A DNA stretch of 64,000 nucleotides. Source: an uncultured virus (IMG/VR IMGVR_UViG_3300011223_000001) (taxonomy: Duplodnaviria; Heunggongvirae; Uroviricota; Caudoviricetes). Where the stretch lies: positions 124,001 to 188,000 of the IMG/VR virus record IMGVR_UViG_3300011223_000001; one strand, 5' to 3'. Shown here in pieces: positions 29,852 through 39,969 of this stretch. Below the pieces are notes generated by a model, which did not search any database, was not told the DNA's origin, and worked only from the letters and a program-made list of their open reading frames with translations. Both the position numbers and the translations under genes were made by a program. Within the stretch, counting starts at the first letter, position 1; each line of letters begins with the position of its first letter.

Positions 29852-30784
29852 TTAAGCGGGTGGTGTGAATCGAAAAAGACGGTTGGAGATAACGTCTTTG
29901 GTGTCAACCCCGCCAAAGTAATAAATGGAGTCACCTACCGCACTACCTGCCATGCCTGCATAAGCAGTAGTTTTGCCAATGTCTAACACGGACCATGTGT
30001 CGGTCGCTGGGTTATAGACGCGCATCTTGGCTCCTGCGTCAGCCGAGTCACCGACACCCCCATGTACATACAACTTCCCGTTCACAGCACACATGGTACT
30101 GTGCCGTATGGTCTCTGGGAAATCTGCCAAGCGCGTCCATGTATTGGCGGCGGGGTTGTAACACCAGAAATCTTTGAGGCGGTTGCTTGCATCACTGTCC
30201 GTGGCCCCGCCCAAGACGTACAGCTGCTCGTTCATAACCTCATACGTGGCCCCACGTCGAGCCACCGGTGGGTTAGCCGGATTCATTAGTGCCATAGTGG
30301 TCGTTTCGGGAGTCCAGCGCAGGGTCTCATTCAGCATGTTGTTGTTCAAGTCCCAACCGCCAAACAGATAACCATAGCCACCAATAAACCCAGAGGAAGC
30401 TTCTTGACGTTGAGCTCGACCACTGGCCGATAAGGAATTTGTAGTAAAGTTGCTACCTGGACGGGTAAGTTTGTCGTAGGTGTTGCGTAAAGTACCCCCC
30501 GCACCATAAAGCTGGTAGATCGCTGTACCCGCGGCGTTTGCCATGACGTTGTGTGAATGGCGACCATACCCGCTGTTTTGACGCAGGGCCGTACAAACAC
30601 CGGTAGCAGGGTCGTACTTCAGTATCTCGTCGAGCTGCTCTGTACCCGACCAACCCCCAGAGATGTAGAGCTCACCCGCTAAGGACAACGTTCTATGGTA
30701 AGCCCTCGGTCGCGGGACAACACCACTCGGCACCACCACGCCCATCCTGGGACTTGCTCCAGTCCCTAAAAGTATTTCAAGCAT
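29852..30784 (-). CDS. Kelch-repeat beta-propeller protein
   Basis: About six GG-containing repeats (LYISGG, YLFGG, LYVLGG, LYVHGG, IYYFGG) with YNPxxxTW; ATG at 30784. Confidence 0.85.
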   Translation of the reverse strand: MLEILLGTGASPRMGVVVPSGVVPRPRAYHRTLSLAGELYISGGWSGTEQLDEILKYDPATGVCTALRQNSGYGRHSHNVMANAAGTAIYQLYGAGGTLRNTYDKLTRPGSNFTTNSLSASGRAQRQEASSGFIGGYGYLFGGWDLNNNMLNETLRWTPETTTMALMNPANPPVARRGATYEVMNEQLYVLGGATDSDASNRLKDFWCYNPAANTWTRLADFPETIRHSTMCAVNGKLYVHGGVGDSADAGAKMRVYNPATDTWSVLDIGKTTAYAGMAGSAVGDSIYYFGGVDTKDVISNRLFRFTPPA

Positions 30785-30853
30785 AACTAGCACCATCATT
30801 AAGTGAACATACGATGCGGCATAGAGCCCACCGTGGTGGTGGGCCTTATGCGG

Positions 30854-33349
30854 TTAAGCGATCTTCACCGTACGGTTGTACACCGGAGGCAACGTGATGT
30901 TGGTTGGGTCAAGGACTACAATCTCGGCATGGTTGAAAGCACCGTGTGTGGAGCTAAAGTGAGAGATGTACACAATCTGCGACACTTCACCCAGCTCGAT
31001 CAGTTTGTTGAGGAAAGGAATCAGGTTCTGACGATGTTGTTCGTCAAACGTGTTACCGAACTCATCCAGGTACAGGGGGAAGTTTTCCAACCCCATGAAC
31101 TTCATGAAGATCAACTTGAAAGCAAAGTTCACCACGTCGCGCTGTGAACTACTGCCCCGTGCAATATCCGGGGGCGTTACTGCACCATTGCGGATATCGA
31201 GAGGGAAGTTATAGTCGAGCTCATCCTTATCCACCTTAGAAGGCAATACCTCCATGGGGTAGGTCCAGAGTTCTTCGATGATTGCATTCAAAAGCTTGAC
31301 GATCTTTTGCATGAAGCCCATCAGGTAGCGACCGATCAGTCCATCGGTCGGGGACATAGCCTTAGCCAGCAATTGTAAATCAGCGTACCACTGCTTGGCT
31401 TCGCGGTGTTCCCGTTCGATATCCATCAAGGTGTTCTCACGAAGTTCAAACCGGTGCAGCGTGGCTTGAATGTCCGAGAGTTTAATGGAGGTCGCTTTGA
31501 TCTCCTCGTCATACCCCAACTTGACCATGTCAACGATCTGGTCATTGACGTCGCGCATGTACGCTTCAAGGTCCAGTCGCAGCAGCTCCGTCTTCTGGTT
31601 ATACGCATCGACTTCTTTAACCACCCCTTTAAGGGCGTTGGCTTCATAGAGGTGGATGTGCTGCTGGTCAACCGCATGGGTGATTCGGTGGTCAATGGTC
31701 TCCTGTCGGCGTTTGATGAAGTCAGCCTGAGCGGAATCGAAGCTATCGTAACGCCTTAACGTCTCGGCGATGGTTGAGAGGCGTTGTGTGGCCTCTTCCA
31801 GCTCGATACACGCTGTTTGTGCTGTTTGCCATGCAATGACACTGGTAAGGTGCTTGCGTGGCTCTATGAACATCACACGGCGTTCAACAGCATAATCCCA
31901 CACCGGCTTGTACAGCTCGTACTGACGCACCAGTTGACGGAACCGGTTCACAAAAGACAGGTAGTCATCATAACTGTCGATGTAAGGCCCCAGTTCAGCT
32001 TGTTCCTTCTCGATAGCCTCAATTGCATTAGCCAATTGCAAAGCAACTGATTCAGCGGCCCGTACGTCCTCAGGTGACTGACCCGGCACGAAAGTGTGTG
32101 TGCAATCTGGACAAACCACCTCAGCACATCCCCGCAGTTGTGCTAACCGGCGGGTGGCTGCACCATGGCGCTCACCTAACGACAACAAGCGGGTTTTGTT
32201 TTCGGCAAAACGCAGCCTGGCATCGGTACCTTTCTGATGACTGAAATGCTCATCCGGGTTGTTAGGGAACTCCTGGATCAGGGTTGTCCAAGTGTGCATG
32301 AGTTCAGCCAACAGTCCTTTGGAGTGCGGGTAGACTTCATGTCGCACCAGCGGCCAAGGACCGGTATAGGCACTGATGACCTGTTGAATGTTCAGGCACT
32401 TTTGCTCAATGACTGTAACCTCACGGCGCATGTCGTCGATTTGTTCGGGTGTGCCAAAATCAGAAGCAGGTGTCTTTTGTTGCTCCAGCTCTTCCAACTC
32501 TTGGGCCAGTTCTTCAATCTGCTGCTTACAGGCTTGAGCTTGGTGCAGGGCTACTTGAATTTGCCCGGTGAGTTGATCACGTGAAGACACACCGTCCAGC
32601 AGGGTGTTATTGGGCGTGGCTTCGAGGTGCTGCTTAGCCTGCGACCTTATTTCTTCATAGCGACCGCGCAGTGACTTTCCGCGGTTAGGGCTAAGGGGTT
32701 CGTTACCGCGGGTACGGTAAAGCGTCTGTAGGCGTTCGGTGAGTTCTGTGATCTGCTGACGGTAGCCGGTCATCTCCGCATCGTTAGGCAAATCGATGTT
32801 CTCGTTTGCCATACGTTTGGCTTTGTGGTTCATCACCCCACGGGCATCTGACATCAACGACCGAGACAGGTTGTACTTGTCAAAAATAAAACCCAAGTCA
32901 GAAGGAGACATCTTGGTCAGCCACTCTCGGCGCTTAGCGGTGGGCATACCGGTGAACGGCGTGATTCCCACGAGGATCTCATGCATCGCCCTATCGATGC
33001 CAAAGATACGCAGCACCAGTTCTTTCTGTACGGCAAATGTACTGCCTGGATTGAGTTCTTCAACCCCACCACGGATAAAGCTGTGTTTACCCGTACCACG
33101 CCCCGAGTACTCTGACAGCAACGTGTAGCTGTGGTTGTTGTGTGTACAGTGCAGTTCTTTAACCCCACCTGCTTCGAACTGGTCATGATGCGCAGGACAT
33201 GGGGTAAGCTCTTCAACAACGGAGGATTTACCCGCCCCGTTGCTACCCAAGATCAGCATCACGTTACTTTGCGGTGTCCACTCGAAATGGCGGATGTTCG
33301 AAAGCATCAGACGCTTGTAATTCTTGAGCACGAATTTGGTGATATACAT
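30854..33349 (-). CDS. sbcC: SbcC/Rad50-like SMC ATPase (phiKZ gp165-like)
   Basis: Walker A GSNGAGKS, long coiled coils with central CPDC zinc hook, GSSSQ signature-like motif, LYLDE Walker B, ISH switch. Confidence 0.88.
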   Translation of the reverse strand: MYITKFVLKNYKRLMLSNIRHFEWTPQSNVMLILGSNGAGKSSVVEELTPCPAHHDQFEAGGVKELHCTHNNHSYTLLSEYSGRGTGKHSFIRGGVEELNPGSTFAVQKELVLRIFGIDRAMHEILVGITPFTGMPTAKRREWLTKMSPSDLGFIFDKYNLSRSLMSDARGVMNHKAKRMANENIDLPNDAEMTGYRQQITELTERLQTLYRTRGNEPLSPNRGKSLRGRYEEIRSQAKQHLEATPNNTLLDGVSSRDQLTGQIQVALHQAQACKQQIEELAQELEELEQQKTPASDFGTPEQIDDMRREVTVIEQKCLNIQQVISAYTGPWPLVRHEVYPHSKGLLAELMHTWTTLIQEFPNNPDEHFSHQKGTDARLRFAENKTRLLSLGERHGAATRRLAQLRGCAEVVCPDCTHTFVPGQSPEDVRAAESVALQLANAIEAIEKEQAELGPYIDSYDDYLSFVNRFRQLVRQYELYKPVWDYAVERRVMFIEPRKHLTSVIAWQTAQTACIELEEATQRLSTIAETLRRYDSFDSAQADFIKRRQETIDHRITHAVDQQHIHLYEANALKGVVKEVDAYNQKTELLRLDLEAYMRDVNDQIVDMVKLGYDEEIKATSIKLSDIQATLHRFELRENTLMDIEREHREAKQWYADLQLLAKAMSPTDGLIGRYLMGFMQKIVKLLNAIIEELWTYPMEVLPSKVDKDELDYNFPLDIRNGAVTPPDIARGSSSQRDVVNFAFKLIFMKFMGLENFPLYLDEFGNTFDEQHRQNLIPFLNKLIELGEVSQIVYISHFSSTHGAFNHAEIVVLDPTNITLPPVYNRTVKIA

Positions 33350-33414
33350 GGTCTGAACGATCCAGCTCAATGGTTATATACAAGATAGCTCCTGCGTATT
33401 TTTAAGAGGCGGTC

Positions 33415-34224
33415 ATGGACAGCGTTTTCAGACTCTACAGCATCGGTTATGTGGCCGAGAATAAACCCCGTAATGACCGCTTCGTAAACGTACTGGCGGT
33501 TGAGGACACCGGGGGTATTGATGGCGAGGTTACATTCAACCCACAGAAAGAAATTTTGACCGGCACCACCAAAGAAGGCCAGCAGTACGAAGTTGTTTCG
33601 ACCACCGACAGTACTCTGTCTTGTGAATGGTTACCCTCGGGGACCAATCGGTTCACGCCCCCGGATGTGGTGCGCGGTGAGCTGGTGGAAATCTATCGAC
33701 TGGCCGAGACCGACCAGTACTTCTGGCGGTGCATGGGCCTGCGTGATAACCTGCGCACACTGGAGACGGTGATCTTTGCGTTCTCCGCATCACCCAAGGC
33801 CAGTACTGGCCCTTTGAACCTGGAGCGCTGCTATTTCTTAGAGGTCTCCACCCATGAAGGACTCGTTACCTTCTCAACGGCCCAAGCCAATGGCGAACCG
33901 TTTCTTTTTACAACCCAGTACAACACTAAACTGGGGACGTTCCTTCTGACCGATGATATCAACAACAGTTTCTGGTTGGATTGTAAAGAACGGTTTTGGA
34001 AAATGATCAACGCCGACGGCAGTTTCATGGAGATCAACAAAAAGAAGATCGCTATGAAAGCCGATGAGGAGATCTCTTTGACCTGCGGTGGTTCAACGTA
34101 TGTAATGAAACCCCAAGACATCTCCATGAAGTCGACACGGGTGTTTGTCGACGGTGGTGGTACAACGTGGGAACAGGTCGGTACTGGACTGACCGTAAGC
34201 GGCGCGCACTACGCGTTCTTGTAA
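33415..34224 (+). CDS. Baseplate central spike (gp5/VgrG-like, phiKZ gp164-like)
   Basis: OB-fold-like N-terminus (CEWLP...TPPDVVRGELV) followed by beta-strand repeats; directly upstream of the PAAR gene. Confidence 0.7.
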   Translation: MDSVFRLYSIGYVAENKPRNDRFVNVLAVEDTGGIDGEVTFNPQKEILTGTTKEGQQYEVVSTTDSTLSCEWLPSGTNRFTPPDVVRGELVEIYRLAETDQYFWRCMGLRDNLRTLETVIFAFSASPKASTGPLNLERCYFLEVSTHEGLVTFSTAQANGEPFLFTTQYNTKLGTFLLTDDINNSFWLDCKERFWKMINADGSFMEINKKKIAMKADEEISLTCGGSTYVMKPQDISMKSTRVFVDGGGTTWEQVGTGLTVSGAHYAFL

Positions 34225-34233
34225 GGAGGCAAC

Positions 34234-34503
34234 ATGCCAGATATTTCGTTGGTGGGGCAATCTCAAGCCGGTGGGGTTATTCAAGGTCCCGGTGCTGGAC
34301 CTGTAATGACCGTCACAGGTCTTCCTGTGAGTTTGGTGGGTGATGATGTCGCCGGCCACGGCACCGGTGCGCATGCCGGTCCTAAGATGGTTGAAGGTTC
34401 GGTTAAGATGACCTTCAAAGGCATCCCAGTGGTTATCTCAGGTAAACGGGCAAGCTGTAGCGATGCAGCTAATGGCAACCCTAAGTTCACCGTCGGCAGT
34501 TAA
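34234..34503 (+). CDS. PAAR-like spike tip protein
   Basis: 89 aa; GLPVSLVGDDVAGHG...H...GS...GIPVVISG...SC; AGGAGG RBS. Confidence 0.85.
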   Translation: MPDISLVGQSQAGGVIQGPGAGPVMTVTGLPVSLVGDDVAGHGTGAHAGPKMVEGSVKMTFKGIPVVISGKRASCSDAANGNPKFTVGS

Positions 34504-34542
34504 CGGCATAAGGCCCGCCCTTGTGGGGCGGGCGCTATGTCG
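34504..34542. terminator. Hairpin between convergent genes
   Basis: CGGCATAAGGCCCGCCC-ttgtg-GGGCGGGCGCTATGTCG. Confidence 0.7.
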
Positions 34543-34544
34543 AG

Positions 34545-34964
34545 TTAAGCGGTGCGCTGGGGTATTGGGCACTGCTCATTGGCACAGTAGAACATGAGCC
34601 TACTGATATCGTTTTGCAGCACGTCGTCTTCTGCATACTTCAACCAACAAGGAGTGTTTTTGAGCACACGTGTGACGTAGTATTCAAAACGCTCCCCGTC
34701 GATGCGGGTGATAGGCAGTACGTGCTTCCAAAGATAGGGGGCTACCAGTACCGAGAACTGCATGTGCCCCACATGCCGGGTTAGGCCGAAGACTTCATTT
34801 ACCTGCGTAAGGCGCGTTTTGTCGTCTTCATCACACTGCGCAAAACGCGCGTAGAGGGATGAAAGCAAACTCATGCGCCTGAAGTCAGTCGGCGTACGGT
34901 TCCATAAAGCAATCCAGCCGCGCTCCAGCAAGCCGGGTCGCTTCTTCTGAATGTGTCGTAGCAT
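34545..34964 (-). CDS. Hypothetical protein
   Basis: 139-aa ORF with AAGG RBS, downstream of RNase H. Confidence 0.55.
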   Translation of the reverse strand: MLRHIQKKRPGLLERGWIALWNRTPTDFRRMSLLSSLYARFAQCDEDDKTRLTQVNEVFGLTRHVGHMQFSVLVAPYLWKHVLPITRIDGERFEYYVTRVLKNTPCWLKYAEDDVLQNDISRLMFYCANEQCPIPQRTA

Positions 34965-34978
34965 AATGGTTGCCTTCG

Positions 34979-36469
34979 TTATTTCTTAAGTATGAACTGC
35001 GTGTAAGGACAGGCGTAGATAAGCACACCATCGTCCTTGGAGTCCACCACAGTTGTGAAGGAGTAGCACAGCGGACCACTGGCAACAACTAGGACTGAAA
35101 CCTTCGGCTCAGACTCAGCAATACGTGCCAAGGTATTACGAACCGGAATGTCCAGCCCTAGTACCAATTTCAGCTTTATTTCAACCCCACTCACCACAGC
35201 AGGGATTTCGATGAGTGCGGTGTTATTGGTTATGGTCGCGTGCAGTTTATTGACCGGCTTCTTCTTGCCCTCTTGATGGACGTAGTACAGCTGGTCGGTG
35301 ATGTCTATCACCGTGACCGCTTTACCAACGGTGCCGTTGCAGTAGTCGTCCAATTGCTGTTTGAGCACGCTAAAAAGTTTGATGGCTTCATACGCTTGTT
35401 TCGGCGGATTGAGTGTCTTGCTAATTAGCGTATCGTCTGGCGCTACTGTCGCCTGTAGGCTTTTATATTTGGCAAAGCCTGCGTTACCCATCTCCATGTA
35501 CCGCTTGCGCATGTTTGGCGTCAGGACGTTGTCCAAACGCAGCACAGCGGGCAGCGAGTAGGCACTGGCGTGATCCTTGCGGTGGTTATCCATTAACTCT
35601 TCCAAGTAAGGATCACGCTCAGGGGTTTTGAGTACGCAAAAGACGGCTTCAGCCAATCGACGACCCAGGATAAGATCGGTCTTTGCAATCTTGTCCAACG
35701 TCGAGTCAGTTTGCTTGTGGCCGTACGTGTGGGCACGACCTAAAGAATACATGCAGTAGTAGTTACCTGCGTCGAGGGGTAAAGCACCTGCCACATCAAA
35801 CAGCAACCGGGTGCGCTGTAATAGCGGGTTGGCTGCTGCGATCTTGTTGGCTTGGATGATCTCGTTGTAGGAGACCGTCACTTTGCCGGTATGACAGGCT
35901 GAACCTAACAGGGCATTGCCATCCGCCGCCTCGTTACCACGGTGACCAGCATGCCCTTTGATCCATTGGATATCCAGGTTACGGCCCTGCGCCAACCAGC
36001 TGTCTTTTACCTGGGTCAGTGCTTCCCAGTATTCGCGGTTAGCAACAGGGGTACCGTCGGGTTTGATCCAGTCGTTCTTGATCCACTTCGGCACGCTGCG
36101 GAACAGGTTGTCCTGCACGTATTTGCTGTCCGTGTAAATCAGCAACTTCTGAACGTCAGCTTCTTTGGCCAACTCAAAGGTTTCAATAACCGCTTGTAAC
36201 TCGGCAACGTTGTTCGTCACCTTCCGGGCGGGGACAGTGGCGTAAGCATCGACGTAGGACACCACAGCGCAGCTCTTCGCTAGCTCGACTTCTTGGTACC
36301 CTTTGGGGGTGGGTAATTGCTTTTCCCCCCTCGCGTGCTCTAAGGCACCGGCGGTATACACGTAAGCGTGCACACCCCAACCGGCGAGCCCACGACGGAA
36401 ACTGCCGTCAGCGTAGGCAACCATCCCTACCTTAGTGGGCTCTGTCGATTCAGTGCTCATGCATGACAT
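34979..36469 (-). CDS. rnhA: Ribonuclease HI with long C-terminal extension (phiKZ gp155-like)
   Basis: YADGS, TNNVAEL, IYTDSKYV, WIKGHAGHRGNEAAD. Confidence 0.9.
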   Translation of the reverse strand: MSCMSTESTEPTKVGMVAYADGSFRRGLAGWGVHAYVYTAGALEHARGEKQLPTPKGYQEVELAKSCAVVSYVDAYATVPARKVTNNVAELQAVIETFELAKEADVQKLLIYTDSKYVQDNLFRSVPKWIKNDWIKPDGTPVANREYWEALTQVKDSWLAQGRNLDIQWIKGHAGHRGNEAADGNALLGSACHTGKVTVSYNEIIQANKIAAANPLLQRTRLLFDVAGALPLDAGNYYCMYSLGRAHTYGHKQTDSTLDKIAKTDLILGRRLAEAVFCVLKTPERDPYLEELMDNHRKDHASAYSLPAVLRLDNVLTPNMRKRYMEMGNAGFAKYKSLQATVAPDDTLISKTLNPPKQAYEAIKLFSVLKQQLDDYCNGTVGKAVTVIDITDQLYYVHQEGKKKPVNKLHATITNNTALIEIPAVVSGVEIKLKLVLGLDIPVRNTLARIAESEPKVSVLVVASGPLCYSFTTVVDSKDDGVLIYACPYTQFILKK

Positions 36470-36511
36470 CCTTCAAATTGATAAACTACACTATTTTGGG
36501 GATGCGTATAA

Positions 36512-36916
36512 CTATCCCTTACACCCGGACAGGTGTTGCCGATGGGCCTCGTCAAGGGCTTTATGCTCGTGACGGATCAGGCCCTTAAGTTCCTTGATGT
36601 AACTGGCAATGACGGTTTCCAGTTCAGCGTCGCCGATATTGCTAAAATCAGGCTGTACCGGCAACGGCTCTCTGGCGGGTACTACAAAGGGCTCACACCC
36701 TTTTTGAACAATGGTCCGCTCCTTGGGCACCGCGGTTGTGACAATTACCTTTGGTGCGATGGGCTGCGGTTTGTCCTTCTCCACAGATGTCGTTGAGGTA
36801 TGGTAAGACTTGACTTCGACGGTGCGGTACACAACGGTGGATTGTCGTGCATCGATTACCGCGCAACTCGGCAACACGCCGAGTAGGAGGCCACAGGCCA
36901 GCTTCACAAGGCGCAT
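36512..36916 (-). CDS. Predicted lipoprotein, o-spanin-like
   Basis: MRLVKLACGLLLGVLPS|C lipobox-like signal; Pro-rich CEPFVVPAREPLPVQP; terminal cysteine. Confidence 0.55.
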   Translation of the reverse strand: MRLVKLACGLLLGVLPSCAVIDARQSTVVYRTVEVKSYHTSTTSVEKDKPQPIAPKVIVTTAVPKERTIVQKGCEPFVVPAREPLPVQPDFSNIGDAELETVIASYIKELKGLIRHEHKALDEAHRQHLSGCKG

Positions 36917-36919
36917 ATA

Positions 36920-37213
36920 TCAGTCCTTCAGTAGGTCATTAAAGCGATTGGTTTCAAATGGTGCGATGCAGGAACAAGGCGCGATCACCGACTCAGCTTT
37001 TAGAGCTGCTTGTTCTTTTAGTTCAGACAGCCGGATCGTCATCAGTGCTAACGCCAACACCAGCATGAGAATGATTCCCAGCATGCAGGTGAAGTGCGCG
37101 TTTTCTTTTATTACTTCGACGACCGTTCGATCTTTAAAGATCGCTGACCTGAGGTAAGGCCACAAGAGGCGAAGCGCTTTGAAGAGTAATCGACCCAAAT
37201 TTAAGTACGACAT
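36920..37213 (-). CDS. Small membrane protein, i-spanin-like
   Basis: TM segment FTCMLGIILMLVLALALMTI followed by a short coiled coil and PCSC; GAGG RBS. Confidence 0.5.
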   Translation of the reverse strand: MSYLNLGRLLFKALRLLWPYLRSAIFKDRTVVEVIKENAHFTCMLGIILMLVLALALMTIRLSELKEQAALKAESVIAPCSCIAPFETNRFNDLLKD

Positions 37214-37410
37214 TTATTGCCTCTTTGATTTTTAGCCCTGAGACAATACCTACCGTCGACCTCACACAAAAGCCTTCACAGTTAGGGTAGGAATCCCATG
37301 TTTAAGTTAAGTTGGCATGGCAGTTTAAGGAGAGTTTCCCCGGTTGTCAAATAAAATGTGGCTGATTTTATAGATGACTCAATCTACGCCACGGTGAGGA
37401 CCCATCGTTC

Positions 37411-38724
37411 ATGTACACATTAAAAGGTTTTTTCCAGTTCTCTGGCTTGTTTAACAACCAACTGGATCAGGTAGCGCCTTTCGGCGAACTGTCGGAAGAC
37501 TCCAAAAGCTATGGCAAAGACAAGTTGGTTTACACCAACGGTCAAGTTTCACCTGAGACCAGCCTGGTAGTCTTCCATACCGTTAAGGATGGCGCGCGGG
37601 TGACGGTGCCGGTTAACGTCTCCAACACGGCACTGACCATCGGTGCTTTCCTGTTGGCCCGTGCACGTACTGGCCAAATCGGCAGTGATGCATTCGTACT
37701 GCGTCAGCAACTGAACGCCGAGTTTGGCACCAAAGCCACCAACTTCCAAACAGGTGCTATTCTTTCGGGTGACGGCCTACGACTGCCAGAGTGGATCTCG
37801 TACACTGACTCCAGCAGTGGGTTGGGAACCAACACCATCACCATCTGGTTGGCGGACCAGTCGTTCCTCGGTCAATACGACGAGTTCGACATCCAAGTCA
37901 TCACCCCCATCTTGCCCCTTAACGATTTCTTCTTGGACCCGACCGTCGTTAAGCGTAAACTGGCGGCCTACGACCTGGTGGCCAAGACCGACGAAGCGCA
38001 AGCCAAGCGGGGTAAATACCCCTTCACCAAAATCCAGACGTTGCGTTACGATTACGTCAACCCGGTTGATGCCAAGGACCTGACCTCCAGTTACTGGATC
38101 GTTCTGATCTACGGCCAAGCTGGTAACAACCCTGACTTGATCCGCGAGGCGATTGTCGCTGAAATCCTCAAGAACTCCACACACAGCCGTGACGAGTGGG
38201 CGGTGATCTTACCGGACTTGTTTCGCACCACCGAGTTCATCTTCACGCCGTTCTGGAACAACTACAGTGTTCCAAACCACGAGTTCCAGGCCGGTATCTA
38301 CAGCCCGGTGATCGACCCCCGCGAAATGCTCAAACTGATCAAACGCACGGCGCGTGGCACAGGCTATACCGATGCGTACGTCACCAACCGCTATGAGCTT
38401 TCGGTGAACCTGTACAAGTCGATAGCTTTTGGCGTTGTGGGTAACCCCAACAACCGTGACAGCATCACCCAGTTCTCCGACAAGTGGCCACAGTACATGG
38501 TGGTGTCCAACGGCAACCCCGATGGTGACCGGATGTCACCTGACACGGCGGAATGGACGGCCTTGTTCTCCCGTCTGTTGGTGGCGGCCGAGACCATGAC
38601 CATGTTCACCCCGGTTCCGCAAGGGTTGGCGCGGGTGCAACGTGATGGCATTGTGTTTGCTTCGGGCTATTACAAGAACATCAACTACCTCGTCGCCAGT
38701 AAACCATCGCTGGCTTCCCTGTAA
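37411..38724 (+). CDS. Virion structural protein (phiKZ gp157-like)
   Basis: MYTLKGF...GELS...IWLADQSF..QYDEF...LPDLFRTTEF..TPFW recalled from conserved phiKZ-like virion proteins; GAGGA RBS. Confidence 0.6.
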   Translation: MYTLKGFFQFSGLFNNQLDQVAPFGELSEDSKSYGKDKLVYTNGQVSPETSLVVFHTVKDGARVTVPVNVSNTALTIGAFLLARARTGQIGSDAFVLRQQLNAEFGTKATNFQTGAILSGDGLRLPEWISYTDSSSGLGTNTITIWLADQSFLGQYDEFDIQVITPILPLNDFFLDPTVVKRKLAAYDLVAKTDEAQAKRGKYPFTKIQTLRYDYVNPVDAKDLTSSYWIVLIYGQAGNNPDLIREAIVAEILKNSTHSRDEWAVILPDLFRTTEFIFTPFWNNYSVPNHEFQAGIYSPVIDPREMLKLIKRTARGTGYTDAYVTNRYELSVNLYKSIAFGVVGNPNNRDSITQFSDKWPQYMVVSNGNPDGDRMSPDTAEWTALFSRLLVAAETMTMFTPVPQGLARVQRDGIVFASGYYKNINYLVASKPSLASL

Positions 38725-38777
38725 CAGCATAACGGGGCGGGTGACCGCCCCGATTATGTTTGAGTTGTGAGGTGCGC

Positions 38778-39266
38778 ATGCTCGACCTTGACATCCCTTT
38801 TGAACTGAACACGTTAGCGACCAATACACTGGGTCTGTTGTTTGCGCGAATCGCGGCACGCTACGCCAGCCTCAAGATCACACCAGCCACGCACTATGTA
38901 CAGACTGTTCAGCAGATGCCAACGCGCTATCGCCCTTGGTTATCAGTGGCCACTGTGCGATCGCTTACAGACCCAAGCTTTGAACAACGGTTTCGTTATG
39001 ACCGTTGGCCGGTTTCACGGTACGTTAAGAACCCGGTGTTCAATGCGACCGAACTGGCGGCTGTGCAGCAGATGGATGAAGTTCAGTTGGTGGCTGCACT
39101 GCGTACTAAGCTGAATCTCAATATCAACAATGTTGACTTCATCATTCGCAATGCCGGTATACAGTACGTTGGCGGTGAGGCTCGTCCCAACTGGCGTTTG
39201 ACCGCCGCTCCCAACTCCTCGTTCTGGTACGACGATCAAGTGTTGTGGCTACACAACCCTGCGTAA
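38778..39266 (+). CDS. Hypothetical protein
   Basis: ATG at 38778 with GAGG RBS. Confidence 0.5.
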   Translation: MLDLDIPFELNTLATNTLGLLFARIAARYASLKITPATHYVQTVQQMPTRYRPWLSVATVRSLTDPSFEQRFRYDRWPVSRYVKNPVFNATELAAVQQMDEVQLVAALRTKLNLNINNVDFIIRNAGIQYVGGEARPNWRLTAAPNSSFWYDDQVLWLHNPA

Positions 39267-39317
39267 ACCACAACTGGGTACTCTAATTCTGTGAAACTTA
39301 CCTGCTAGGGGTTTACC

Positions 39318-39932
39318 ATGGCGCTGAATGTACCGCCACCTGGCGCACGTGGCTTATACAGCCTCAAAGCACCGTTTAAGACAGTGCCTAACGAGCTGTA
39401 CCGCTGTGCGGCCATTCGCTATTTTAAGGACATCCAAAACGACGGTGAGGATGTTTATGAGAAGTACTACCGTCCCCTGGAATTGACTGAAGCGGATTAC
39501 AGTCGCGATCTGGCTGCCGATGTTGTGATGGTGTCGCTACTCAGTGACACCCAACGACCGATTTATGTACCGTCTTCGTACATCCTGTCCTACCCTGGGT
39601 TATCCAGCCACACTTACCAACACGTGGTGCTGGCCCTGTCCCTGGGGACATTGCCTGACAGCTTGGACCTAACTCACCTGAAAGCGCAAGTGGGTGCCAC
39701 CGTGTCTGAAGTTATCGGCGTGGTGCCTGAGGTGCACGTGACCGTAGCCCCTTCCACCGGGGTGGTTACTTCTGAACAACATGATGCATTGGAAGCGGCA
39801 CGACAAGCCGCAGTAACCAACCGCACCACTGACTACGCACGCTACCTTGAAGAGCGTGCGAAACGTATTTCGCTTGAAGCGAAACTCGCCGCCCTTGAGA
39901 AAATCATCATTGACAAGGGTATTCTGACCTGA
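39318..39932 (+). CDS. Conserved phiKZ-like hypothetical protein
   Basis: 204 aa; GLYSLKAPF...YVPSSYILSYP...LGTLP; C-terminal coiled coil. Confidence 0.55.
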   Translation: MALNVPPPGARGLYSLKAPFKTVPNELYRCAAIRYFKDIQNDGEDVYEKYYRPLELTEADYSRDLAADVVMVSLLSDTQRPIYVPSSYILSYPGLSSHTYQHVVLALSLGTLPDSLDLTHLKAQVGATVSEVIGVVPEVHVTVAPSTGVVTSEQHDALEAARQAAVTNRTTDYARYLEERAKRISLEAKLAALEKIIIDKGILT

Positions 39933-39969
39933 ACCATATGTAGTTCCTTCTCTGAAACTGGAGTATCGC

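Noticed and set aside
37214..37410. 197-nt intergenic region as a possible ncRNA or tRNA
   Set aside because: No cloverleaf or convincing stable structure seen; best explained as a divergent promoter region.
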